Of a stretch of DNA of 64,000 bases, positions 38,154 through 46,987 are shown in pieces. The stretch covers positions 14,207 to 78,206 of the forward strand of contig MGDH01000018.1 in the NCBI GenBank assembly GCA_001790855.1, read 5' to 3'. A model generated the notes under the pieces. The model worked only from the letters and a program-made list of their open reading frames with translations, was not told the DNA's origin and ran no database searches. The DNA comes from Candidatus Schekmanbacteria bacterium RIFCSPLOWO2_02_FULL_38_14 (lineage in GTDB: Bacteria > Schekmanbacteria > GWA2-38-11). The first letter of the stretch is position 1; every line of letters begins with the position of its first letter. The translations under genes and the position numbers were made by a program.

Positions 38154-39488
38154 ATGGAGTTAAAGAACGCTAAAGTAAAAGATGAAGATCATATCCTCTT
38201 AGATCCAATCCTCAAAATAGGAAAGGGTTTTTATCTGACGGTAGTTATATTAGGGTCCTTTGTCCTGTTAGCAATTTATGCCTATATTACTCAATTCCAG
38301 AAAGGACTGGGGGTAACCGGATTAAATAGACCAACCTTCTGGGGAGTTTATATTACTAATTTTGTATTTTTCATAGGAATAAGCCATGCCGGCACTTTAA
38401 TATCAGCTATCCTGAGAATTGCTCAGGCTGAATGGAGAAGAGCAATTACAAGGTCTGCAGAAGTAATAACTGTTCTTGTTCTTTTCTTTGGAGTTGGGAA
38501 TATTCTGATTGATTTAGGAAGACCTGATAGGCTTTTTAATATGCTACTGTACGGCAGGTTTCAGTCACCACTCCTGTGGGATTTTGTTAGCATTTCAACC
38601 TATCTAACAGCAAGTACAATATACCTTTATCTTCCTTTAATTCCGGATATAGCCATTTTAAGAGATACTTCCGGCAAAAGAAAATGGCTATATAGTGTAT
38701 TAGCTTTAGGCTGGAAAGGAACAGAAAAGCAGCATCAAATTTTAGAAAAAGCCATAGCCATAATGGCAATATTAGTAATACCTATAGCAATTTCAGTTCA
38801 TACAGTGGTCTCTTTTGTTTTTGCAATGACAATTCAACCTATGTGGCATAGCGCAATTTTTGGCCCTTATTTTGTAGCAGGGGCGATATTTTCAGGTATT
38901 GCTGCTCTTATCATCGCCATGGCAATTATTAGAAAAGTTTATAAACTTGATAATTATCTGAAGGATATACATTTCAATAATCTGAGTCTCCTTTTGCTGG
39001 TAATGAGCTGTCTCTGGTTCTATTTTACATTCTGTGAATATATAACTGTCTTTTACGGCAGTGAACCAGTTCATTTAGCTGTCTTGTACTCTAAATTCAG
39101 CGGTGAATATGCCCTATATTTCTGGACTATGGTCGCAACCTGTTTTGTAATACCATTTTCTATCCTGTCAAACAGCAAGACCAGAACAATTACAGGTAGT
39201 GTAATAGCATCAATATCTGTAACCATTGGTATGTGGCTTGAACGTTTTACAATAGTTGTTCCAACCCTTGTTAATCCCAGACTCCCCTATGAGCGAGGCA
39301 TTTATCACCCAACATGGGTTGAGGCAGCTATAACAGCAGGCTCTCTCTCATTGTTCATTCTTCTATATATGATATTTACTAAGTTTTTCCCTATTGTATC
39401 TATCTGGGAAATAAAAGAGGGGAGAGAAAAAGGTGTAGCTGAGGTACAGGAGAGGATTAAAACTTACCTCCCTGGGTCTGAGACTTGA
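38154..39488 (+). CDS. NrfD/PsrC-family quinone-interacting integral membrane subunit (QrcD/ActC-like)
   Basis: 444 aa, ~10 TM helices; start overlaps upstream stop (translational coupling). Confidence 0.8.
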   Translation: MELKNAKVKDEDHILLDPILKIGKGFYLTVVILGSFVLLAIYAYITQFQKGLGVTGLNRPTFWGVYITNFVFFIGISHAGTLISAILRIAQAEWRRAITRSAEVITVLVLFFGVGNILIDLGRPDRLFNMLLYGRFQSPLLWDFVSISTYLTASTIYLYLPLIPDIAILRDTSGKRKWLYSVLALGWKGTEKQHQILEKAIAIMAILVIPIAISVHTVVSFVFAMTIQPMWHSAIFGPYFVAGAIFSGIAALIIAMAIIRKVYKLDNYLKDIHFNNLSLLLLVMSCLWFYFTFCEYITVFYGSEPVHLAVLYSKFSGEYALYFWTMVATCFVIPFSILSNSKTRTITGSVIASISVTIGMWLERFTIVVPTLVNPRLPYERGIYHPTWVEAAITAGSLSLFILLYMIFTKFFPIVSIWEIKEGREKGVAEVQERIKTYLPGSET

Positions 39489-39501
39489 AAAATATAAGGA
39501 G

Positions 39502-40731
39502 ATGTTTCAAATGGGATTTTTGAAATTAGTCTTTAGAAAATGGCGAATGAACTACAAGGTGTTCTTTTTAATATTAATCATATTTTCTTTTCTGCCATTA
39601 AATATTCATTCTGAGAAGAATACTAATCTTTTCCCTGAAAACCCTCTGGAAGGCTCGAAGATATTTGTGATTAAAGGTTGTGTAAAGTGTCATGCCATTA
39701 AGGGAGAGGGAGGAAATATAGGGGCAGATCTAGGCAAAGTCACCTTTAAAGATACATTGCTTGATATGGCAGGAATTATGTGGAACCATTTTCCGTTTAT
39801 GAGTGAAAAAATGGAGGAGGAGAAGATTGACTGGCCAAAGTTTTTAAGTGGGGAAATGGCAAGTCTAATAGGCTACCTTTATTATATAAATTATTTTGAT
39901 GAGCCAGGCAATACTAAAAAGGGAGAAAATTTATTTTCAGTAAAAGGGTGCGCGCAATGCCATGGCATAGAAAAAAAAGGTGGCAAACCAGGACCAAGTT
40001 TAAGTAAGTTTAAACGTGACTACTCACCAATCTTCATGGCACAAGCTATGTGGAATCATGGTTCTGAAATGGAGGCATCCATGAAGAAATTAGGGATTAA
40101 GAGACCTCAGTTTAATGATAAAGAGATGGCTGACCTATCTGCTTATATTAGAAAAGAAGCAAGAGGGGAAAAGAAGGGATATGGTTTTATGTTGCCTGGA
40201 AATCCAAAAGAGGGGAAACAACTTTTTAACAAAAAAGGATGCATACACTGTCATGCCATTTCAAATGAAGGTGGAAACATAGGGCCAGACCTTGGCAAAA
40301 AGGCAGAAGAGCTGCACAGGAGTCTAAATGAAGTAGCAGGCATTATGTGGAATCACTGGCCTAATATGTATAGAAAAATGATAGAGATGAGAATAGAGGT
40401 TCCAAGTTTTTCAGATAAAGAGATGGCAGACATAATAGCATATCTCTATTTTCTTGGATACTTTGATGAAAAAGGAGATATGAAAAAGGGGTCTATAATT
40501 TTCAATGAGAAGGGGTGTATTAAATGTCATTTTTTTGATGGAAAACAAATGATAGGGCCTGATTTGAGAAAATTATCTAATACTACTTCTTCCATAGAAG
40601 TTGTTACAGAGATGTGGAACCATGCCTCAAAGATGAAAAATAAAATGGCAGAGCTTAAAATCCAATGGCCCAAATTCAAAAAAGGCGAGGTAGCAGACCT
40701 TATGCAATATCTCAGGTCTTTAAAAAAATAA
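39502..40731 (+). CDS. tetra-domain c-type cytochrome (four class-I monoheme repeats, each with CxxCH...GG...MWNH)
   Basis: CVKCH, CAQCH, CIHCH, CIKCH each followed by GEGG/KGG and an MWNH motif ~25 residues later; N-terminal membrane anchor or signal. Confidence 0.75.
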   Translation: MFQMGFLKLVFRKWRMNYKVFFLILIIFSFLPLNIHSEKNTNLFPENPLEGSKIFVIKGCVKCHAIKGEGGNIGADLGKVTFKDTLLDMAGIMWNHFPFMSEKMEEEKIDWPKFLSGEMASLIGYLYYINYFDEPGNTKKGENLFSVKGCAQCHGIEKKGGKPGPSLSKFKRDYSPIFMAQAMWNHGSEMEASMKKLGIKRPQFNDKEMADLSAYIRKEARGEKKGYGFMLPGNPKEGKQLFNKKGCIHCHAISNEGGNIGPDLGKKAEELHRSLNEVAGIMWNHWPNMYRKMIEMRIEVPSFSDKEMADIIAYLYFLGYFDEKGDMKKGSIIFNEKGCIKCHFFDGKQMIGPDLRKLSNTTSSIEVVTEMWNHASKMKNKMAELKIQWPKFKKGEVADLMQYLRSLKK

Positions 40732-40854
40732 CAGGCTGCTTAATGTCATTTCTGCCTGCCTGTCGGCACCTGTCTGCCGCCTGACTGCCGTCAGGCAGGT
40801 CAGGCTGGGACAGGTAAGAGCAGGAATCCAAAAGCAAAGGAGGTTAATAATCTT

Positions 40855-41115
40855 TTGAATCAGCAGAGAGAAGTAATAAAAAATAAATCTGTAAATATTT
40901 TTCAATTACTGATGCTATTTGCTTTCTACTTGTTTGTTGGATCCATAATTGCCTTTGTTGTCAATGGAATTTATAATGCATTGGAAAATAATGATGCTTT
41001 TATGTATTCTATAGTTATAGGAGCAATAGTTATTCCTGTATTTTTGACTTTAACTATTCTGGTTACATTAGTTTTCTGGGTCATCGTGAGAGAAGGCAGG
41101 AAGGATATGAGGTAG
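40855..41115 (+). CDS. small 2-TM membrane protein (possible complex-associated subunit)
   Basis: 86-aa ORF with two hydrophobic helices between the two paralogous cytochrome genes; weak evidence only. Confidence 0.3.
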   Translation: MNQQREVIKNKSVNIFQLLMLFAFYLFVGSIIAFVVNGIYNALENNDAFMYSIVIGAIVIPVFLTLTILVTLVFWVIVREGRKDMR

Positions 41116-41120
41116 AGTTT

Positions 41121-42347
41121 ATGAAGAATCTAAAGAAAATTACCATCTATATGTTTTCAGTTTTTTTGATAGTAGGGTCATTATTAACCGTAGGAATAAA
41201 TGTTGTTTGCAGCACAGAAAAATACCTTTTGCCTGGAGATGCTAAAAAAGGGTGGCAGAGTTTTTTCACCAAAGGGTGCATCAAATGCCATTCTGTTTGG
41301 GGAGAGGGAGGTACAGCCGGTCCTAATCTTGGCATTACACCCTCTAAGCATTTGACTGAAGCAGAGCTTACAGCAGCCATGTGGAACCATGCTCCGGCAA
41401 TGTGGGAGAAAATGTTAGCAAAAGGGATAGATTTTAAAGCCATAAGCCAGGAAGAAATGGCTGATATATTCGCATTTCTCTACTTTATTAGATATATGGA
41501 TGAGCCAGGTAATAAGGAAAATGGAAAAGAGTTGCTGGCCACAAAAAAATGCACTAATTGCCATGCAATTCATGGAAAAGGAGGCAGAGTAGGGCCCGAG
41601 CTGACAAAATGGGGAACATATACTAATCCAATTCTGTGGGCGCAGATGATGTGGAATCATGCACCCCAGATGGAAGAGGAAATGAGGAACAGAGGAATAA
41701 CCTGGCCAATATTTGGTGAAAACGAGATGGTTGATATTATTGTTTATGTAAAGAGTGTCAGTAAATCGGGAGATAAAATTTTTATTTCACCAGGTGACTC
41801 AAAAGACGGTAAAATACTGTTTTCTAAAAAGGGTTGCAGCCATTGCCATTCTACCGAGACAGGTAGCAAAAAGGATGGACCAAATCTTGGAAGGGATTTA
41901 AGAAAAAAAGAATCTTTCCCAAGGACTATTACTCAGGTTGCAGGCCTTATGTGGAACCATTCTCCTGAAATGTGGAAAGAGATGAAAGAAAAGGGAATGA
42001 AGAGGCCAGAGCTCAATCCTCAAGAGATGGCAGATTTAATCGCATATCTTTTTTCTCTCCAATATTTTGATGAGCAAGGAAACAGAGAAAAAGGAGAAAA
42101 GGTATTTAAAGAAAAATATTGCATAAAGTGTCATACAGTGAATGGCAAAGGCGGTCTGAAAGGTCCTGACCTTAAGGAATGGCGCAGGCAGGTTTCGCCA
42201 ATTTCCATGGCGCAAGCTATGTGGAACCATGGTCCTTCAATGTTGGGAGAAATGAAAAAAATGGGCTTTAAATGGCCAAAGTTTGAAGGAAATGAGATAG
42301 TGGATTTGATGGAATATTTAAGAGAACTGGCTAATAAAACACTTTAA
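41121..42347 (+). CDS. tetra-domain c-type cytochrome, paralog of 39502-40731
   Basis: CIKCH, CTNCH, CSHCH, CIKCH with the same four-repeat layout and MWNH motifs; 408 vs 409 aa. Confidence 0.75.
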   Translation: MKNLKKITIYMFSVFLIVGSLLTVGINVVCSTEKYLLPGDAKKGWQSFFTKGCIKCHSVWGEGGTAGPNLGITPSKHLTEAELTAAMWNHAPAMWEKMLAKGIDFKAISQEEMADIFAFLYFIRYMDEPGNKENGKELLATKKCTNCHAIHGKGGRVGPELTKWGTYTNPILWAQMMWNHAPQMEEEMRNRGITWPIFGENEMVDIIVYVKSVSKSGDKIFISPGDSKDGKILFSKKGCSHCHSTETGSKKDGPNLGRDLRKKESFPRTITQVAGLMWNHSPEMWKEMKEKGMKRPELNPQEMADLIAYLFSLQYFDEQGNREKGEKVFKEKYCIKCHTVNGKGGLKGPDLKEWRRQVSPISMAQAMWNHGPSMLGEMKKMGFKWPKFEGNEIVDLMEYLRELANKTL

Positions 42348-42379
42348 GTTATATTATGTGAAAAAGGGAGGTTATTAAA

Positions 42380-43549
42380 ATGAAATATAAAAAACATTTT
42401 ATTTTCCTTATTTTTTTTCTCCTGCTTTATATTAATGTAATTTATGGATTTTCCAAGGATTGGCTGGAAAAGTTAAGTTCTGAATTTAAAGGACAAGAAT
42501 TTATCTCATCCAATATCTGTGGCAAATGTCATGTTGATATTTTCAAGTATTGGAAGAATTCTATGCATTCCCTCTCTTATCAAGACCCGATTTTTATGAA
42601 TGCGTATAAACAGGCTTTTTTCGATACTGACGGGAAGGCAAAAGAGTTTTGCCTTAGATGCCATGCCCCTATTGCTTACTATAGTAAAGACTTTGGATTC
42701 AAAAATGAAGTGAGCAAAGAGGGTATTACATGTGACTTCTGTCATTCTGTTTCTGGAATAGACCTGGATAATTTTAATCAACCTTATAAAGTTGAACCTA
42801 GTAAGACAAAATATGGTCCGCATAAGAATATGGAATCTCCGGTTCATATTACCAAGGCAACAAATTATTTTAGAAGATCTGAATTCTGTGCCGGCTGCCA
42901 TGAGCTTAAAGGAAAGAACGGAGTCAACATCATAAGTACTTACTCAGAGTGGAAAGAAGGGCCTTATTCCAAAAAAGGAATCCAATGTCAAAACTGCCAT
43001 ATGCCTTACGGTCCAGGCTCCATCGTTGACCAGAACCTAAAAAAGAGTGTGGTTAGAATGAATTTGCATGATGTCTCCGGAGGTCATTCAGTGGAACTTC
43101 TTGGTAAAGTAGCAAAGGTAGAAATTATAGAGCTTAAAAAGGGGGATGGAACTATTTCTGCCAAAGTTAAAGTAACAAATGTCAAATCCGGACACAAAAT
43201 ACCTACAGGCACCCCTACAAGAGAGTTGATTCTCAAAGTAACAGTAAAAAATTCCAAAGGGAATACACTGTGTCAAGACTCCAAAGTTATTAAAAAAACC
43301 TTGGCAGATGAGCAAAATAAAGAGCTCCTGACTGACAGCGATATTATTCTGAATGCAAATAGTATCTTGAGTGATAACCGGATTCCCCCAGGAGGCTCAA
43401 GAGAGTTTCTCTTTTCATTAGACTGCAATTTAAAAGGTGAATTTTTTGTTGAAGCATCGCTGATTTATATGTATAGACCTGAAATCACTACCTACGGGGA
43501 AATGTCAATTGATATGTCTAAGGATAGTAAAAAATTAGGTGTTAAATAG
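42380..43549 (+). CDS. pentaheme c-type cytochrome, periplasmic (389 aa)
   Basis: Signal peptide; CGKCH, CLRCH, CDFCH, CAGCH, CQNCH; C-terminal ~150 aa heme-free beta-rich region. Confidence 0.75.
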   Translation: MKYKKHFIFLIFFLLLYINVIYGFSKDWLEKLSSEFKGQEFISSNICGKCHVDIFKYWKNSMHSLSYQDPIFMNAYKQAFFDTDGKAKEFCLRCHAPIAYYSKDFGFKNEVSKEGITCDFCHSVSGIDLDNFNQPYKVEPSKTKYGPHKNMESPVHITKATNYFRRSEFCAGCHELKGKNGVNIISTYSEWKEGPYSKKGIQCQNCHMPYGPGSIVDQNLKKSVVRMNLHDVSGGHSVELLGKVAKVEIIELKKGDGTISAKVKVTNVKSGHKIPTGTPTRELILKVTVKNSKGNTLCQDSKVIKKTLADEQNKELLTDSDIILNANSILSDNRIPPGGSREFLFSLDCNLKGEFFVEASLIYMYRPEITTYGEMSIDMSKDSKKLGVK

Positions 43550-43672
43550 AAAAGATTTAATATTTTTTTAAAAATTTGATTTATAAAAGAAGTTTAATAA
43601 AGATAAAGACATCAGGCAATAATAGGAATAAAGTTCTTATTTTAACAATATAAAAAATAAAAGGAGGAGATT

Positions 43673-44245
43673 ATGAGAAAAAGAACAGCCTTGGTTTTTG
43701 TGTTTATATTTTTCTCTTTAATTTTAATTAGTAAAGTTCCAGGCGAAGAGACAAAATATAATTACATGGGTGTATTTAAATGCAAGACCTGCCATGCAAA
43801 TGTAAAGCTTGGTGGAACTGAGCATCAGGTATGGGAAAAAAGTGCCCATTCAAAGGCATACCAGACTTTGGCAAGTGAAAAAGCTAAAGCAAAGGCAAAG
43901 GAGCGGGGCATTGATGATCCTCAGAAGAGTGAGAAATGCTATAAGTGTCATGTGACAGGCTATGGGGTTGATAAAAGCAGATTTGATAAAAAGTTTAAAA
44001 TTGAAGATGGTATTCAGTGTGAAGAGTGCCATGGTCCTGGAGAGGGTTATTATCCCCGGTTTGTGATGCAGAAAAGAGATGAGTCAATAAAGAAGGGTTT
44101 GATAATTCCAGATGAAAAGGTATGTGTTAAGTGCCATAATGAAGAGAGCCCTTTTTATAAAAAATTTAATTTCAAAGAATTTTTTGCAAAGATGGATCAC
44201 AAGGGCCTTGGAACAAGTAAAGTAGGAGGAGGGAGTAAGAAGTAG
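43673..44245 (+). CDS. tetraheme c-type cytochrome (190 aa)
   Basis: Signal peptide; CKTCH, CYKCH, CEECH, CVKCH; own RBS aggagg upstream. Confidence 0.75.
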   Translation: MRKRTALVFVFIFFSLILISKVPGEETKYNYMGVFKCKTCHANVKLGGTEHQVWEKSAHSKAYQTLASEKAKAKAKERGIDDPQKSEKCYKCHVTGYGVDKSRFDKKFKIEDGIQCEECHGPGEGYYPRFVMQKRDESIKKGLIIPDEKVCVKCHNEESPFYKKFNFKEFFAKMDHKGLGTSKVGGGSKK

Positions 44246-44298
44246 GGTAGAGGCAGGTCTCCTGACCTGCCATTTTCAAAGCAAAAAAATTTAATTCT

Positions 44299-46203
44299 AT
44301 GAATGAAAAGAAATACAAAGTAGAGATTCCAGATTTAGAATATTACCAGCGTGTAATTAATTGCCAGTATGCCTGTCCAGTTAAAACTGCTGCTGGAAGC
44401 TATGTTACTGCAATTACAGATAGGGAATATGAAAAGGCTTATGATTTTGCAAGAATGCCAAATCCCTTTGTTTATGTCTGTGGAAGGATATGTGACCATC
44501 CATGTGAAACAGCCTGCAGGCGTGGTGCTATTGATGAGCCAATAGCAATATGCGCCCTTAAGAGAACAGCCACTGACCACCATAATTTGAGTTTAGGTCA
44601 TTGGCTAGGCTTGCCTCTTGAAAAGAAAAGAGAGGAAAAGGTAGCTGTTATTGGCGCAGGACCAGCAGGTTTATCAGCAGCCAATGATTTAGCAAGGCTC
44701 GGTTATCAGGTTACTGTTTTTGAAGCATCACCTGTCGCTAGTGGAATGTTATATCTTGGTCTGCCAGGTTATCGCCTGCCAAGAGATATAATCAAATTAG
44801 AGGTTGATTCCATATTAAACCTTGGGGTTGAGCTTAAGACAAATACTCCTTTGGGTGAAGGGTTGAATTTAGAGGATTTAAAGAGGCAAAAATATAAGGC
44901 AATTTTTATTGCTACAGGATGCACAAAAAGCAGGGATTTAAATATAGAAGGAGCTAATCTTGACGGGGTCTTAAAGGGTGTTGATTTTCTCTTAAACATT
45001 AACCTCGGTTATAGGGTTGAACTTGGGAAGAGGGTCATTGTAATTGGTGGTGGAAATGTGGCAATGGATGTGGCTCGTTCAGCTATCAGAAAAGGAACAG
45101 AGCTTGAATCTTTAAGCCCTGAGGAGATGAAAGATGCTTTGGAAAAGGCAAGAAAGGCATTACAGCAATTGGTTGAGAGTGAAGAGGAGAGAGAAAAGGA
45201 GATGCACATTGCAATGGATGTTGCAAGGTTAGCTCTGAGAAAAGGGGCAAAGGATGTGCATTTAGTCTGCCTTGAATCAAGAGAAGAGATGCCTGCCCAT
45301 GCTTGGGAGACAGAAGAAGCATTCGCAGAGGGGATTGTGTTTCATAATAGACTCGGGCCAAAAAGGATTTTAGGAAGAGATGGAAAGGTTACAGGCATTG
45401 AGACCATTAGATGCTCGTCGGTTTTTGATAGTGAGCATAGATTTAATCCAACCTTTATCAAAGGGACAGAAGAATTTATTGAGGCTGATTCAATTATTTT
45501 GGCTATTGGCCAGGCAGCAGATATCTCTTTTTTCAAGAAAGAGGATGGCATTTCAATAACTCGCCAGGGTTTGATAGAAGTTAATCCTGACACCCTCGCA
45601 ACAACAGCAGATGGAATTTATGCAGGTGGAGATATAGCTTTTGGGCCAAGAAATGTTATTGCAGCAATTGCAGATGGACAGAAGGCTGCAAGGTCAATTG
45701 ACTCTTATTTAAGAGGAGAGAGCAAGAAAAGGATTCGGGCAAGAATGGCAGTGATTAAGGATCATAAGATGCATGAAGGATATGAGAGAATCAAAAGGCA
45801 GAAAATGCCTACATTGCCACTTAATAGAAGGATTGGCATTGCTGAGGTAGAATTAGGTTTTTCTGATGAACAGGCAATAGAAGAAGGGAAGCGATGCCTC
45901 AGATGCAATATAAATACAGTCTTTAATGGTAATAAATGTATCCTGTGTGGTGGGTGTGTAGATATATGTCCTGAATATTGCTACAGAATGGCAAAAATTG
46001 AAGAGTTAGAAGAGAATGAGGTTCTTGAAAAGTTAGTTGAAGCAAGATATGGCATTTCTTTTGAAAAATTAAAAAGTGAAAGTGGTTTAAACAGGGCTAT
46101 GATAAAGGATGAAGAGAAATGCATTAGATGCGGCCTATGTGCTGAGCGCTGCCCTACTGGTGCTATTACTATGGAGCTTTTTGAATATAGTGAAAGGATT
46201 TAA
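44299..46203 (+). CDS. NfnB/GltD/SudA-like FAD- and NAD(P)-binding iron-sulfur oxidoreductase with C-terminal 2x[4Fe-4S] ferredoxin domain
   Basis: N-terminal Cys cluster (CQYACP...C), FAD motif VAVIGAGPAGLSAANDLARLGYQVTVFE, second Rossmann VIVIGGGNVAMDVA, C-terminal CILCGGCVDICP and CIRCGLCAERCP. Confidence 0.75.
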   Translation: MNEKKYKVEIPDLEYYQRVINCQYACPVKTAAGSYVTAITDREYEKAYDFARMPNPFVYVCGRICDHPCETACRRGAIDEPIAICALKRTATDHHNLSLGHWLGLPLEKKREEKVAVIGAGPAGLSAANDLARLGYQVTVFEASPVASGMLYLGLPGYRLPRDIIKLEVDSILNLGVELKTNTPLGEGLNLEDLKRQKYKAIFIATGCTKSRDLNIEGANLDGVLKGVDFLLNINLGYRVELGKRVIVIGGGNVAMDVARSAIRKGTELESLSPEEMKDALEKARKALQQLVESEEEREKEMHIAMDVARLALRKGAKDVHLVCLESREEMPAHAWETEEAFAEGIVFHNRLGPKRILGRDGKVTGIETIRCSSVFDSEHRFNPTFIKGTEEFIEADSIILAIGQAADISFFKKEDGISITRQGLIEVNPDTLATTADGIYAGGDIAFGPRNVIAAIADGQKAARSIDSYLRGESKKRIRARMAVIKDHKMHEGYERIKRQKMPTLPLNRRIGIAEVELGFSDEQAIEEGKRCLRCNINTVFNGNKCILCGGCVDICPEYCYRMAKIEELEENEVLEKLVEARYGISFEKLKSESGLNRAMIKDEEKCIRCGLCAERCPTGAITMELFEYSERI

Positions 46204-46210
46204 GCAGAAG

Positions 46211-46345
46211 GGTTCGAGGATTCGAGGGTTCAAATGAAAATCAAAGTTTAAAAATAAAAAATTAAAATTTTGGTATTTGAATTTTGATATTTGATTTTTA
46301 TTTCACTTGAACCCTTGACACCTAGACCCCTTGAACCCTTTTTTG
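46211..46345. repeat. palindromic element, family A variant with GC-rich arms (gggttcgagg...cttgaaccc)
   Basis: gggttcgaggattcgagggttcaaatg...ttcacttgaacccttgacacctagaccccttgaaccc; arms match those of 15531-15668. Confidence 0.55.
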
Positions 46346-46355
46346 AGGTTAACTA

Positions 46356-46829
46356 ATGTCTAAAGACGAAAAAATAGAGGAAATTTCACGTAGATATTTT
46401 TTAGCAGCAGGATGGTCATCTCTTGGCATTATTATGGCTGGCTCAGCCGGTGCAAGCATTCGCTTCTTGCTCCCCAATGTTCTTTTTGAGCCTCCAACTT
46501 CTTTTAGAATTGGAAAGCCTGAAGACTATGCTGATGGTTCAGTAAATTTTTTTCCTGAGAGAAAGATCTTTGTAATTAAAAAAGAGAATGGAATTTTTCA
46601 AACTATCTCTGCAGTATGCACTCATCTACGTTGTATTGTGAAATGGTCAGAGACAAACAAGAATTTTGAGTGCCCCTGCCATGGAAGTATATTTGATGGG
46701 AAAGGCAGAATTATTGGTGGACCTGCTCCAACACCACTTGACTGGTATGAGATAACACTTGGAGAGGATGGTAAATTGTTCATAGATACTATGAAAGTTG
46801 TGGATAGCGGATATTATTTAAAGGTATAA
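46356..46829 (+). CDS. Rieske [2Fe-2S] iron-sulfur subunit of a cytochrome bc-type complex
   Basis: TAT-like RRYFLAAG; CTHLRC...CPCHGS Rieske boxes. Confidence 0.85.
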   Translation: MSKDEKIEEISRRYFLAAGWSSLGIIMAGSAGASIRFLLPNVLFEPPTSFRIGKPEDYADGSVNFFPERKIFVIKKENGIFQTISAVCTHLRCIVKWSETNKNFECPCHGSIFDGKGRIIGGPAPTPLDWYEITLGEDGKLFIDTMKVVDSGYYLKV

Positions 46830-46987
46830 AACATTTCTCCTCATCCTTTATCCTTCTCCCCATAGGGGAGAAGGCAGGTTGAGGGGGAGAAGAAAAACAT
46901 TCAACCCCAGAAGGGGTTTCCCACAGGAAATTGTGGGAGAGAATAAGAGGGACGACAGAGACGTCGTTCCCTACATGATAGGATAAT

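Noticed and set aside
34446-39488. Calling the module a bona fide Alternative Complex III (ActABCDEF)
   Set aside because: ActB is normally a single fused MopB+FeS protein and ACIII has a second NrfD-like subunit (ActF) plus ActD/ActE. Here MopB and FeS are separate, only one NrfD-like gene is present, and the MopB keeps the FeS-0 motif. It was therefore described as Qrc/Psr/ACIII-like rather than ACIII.
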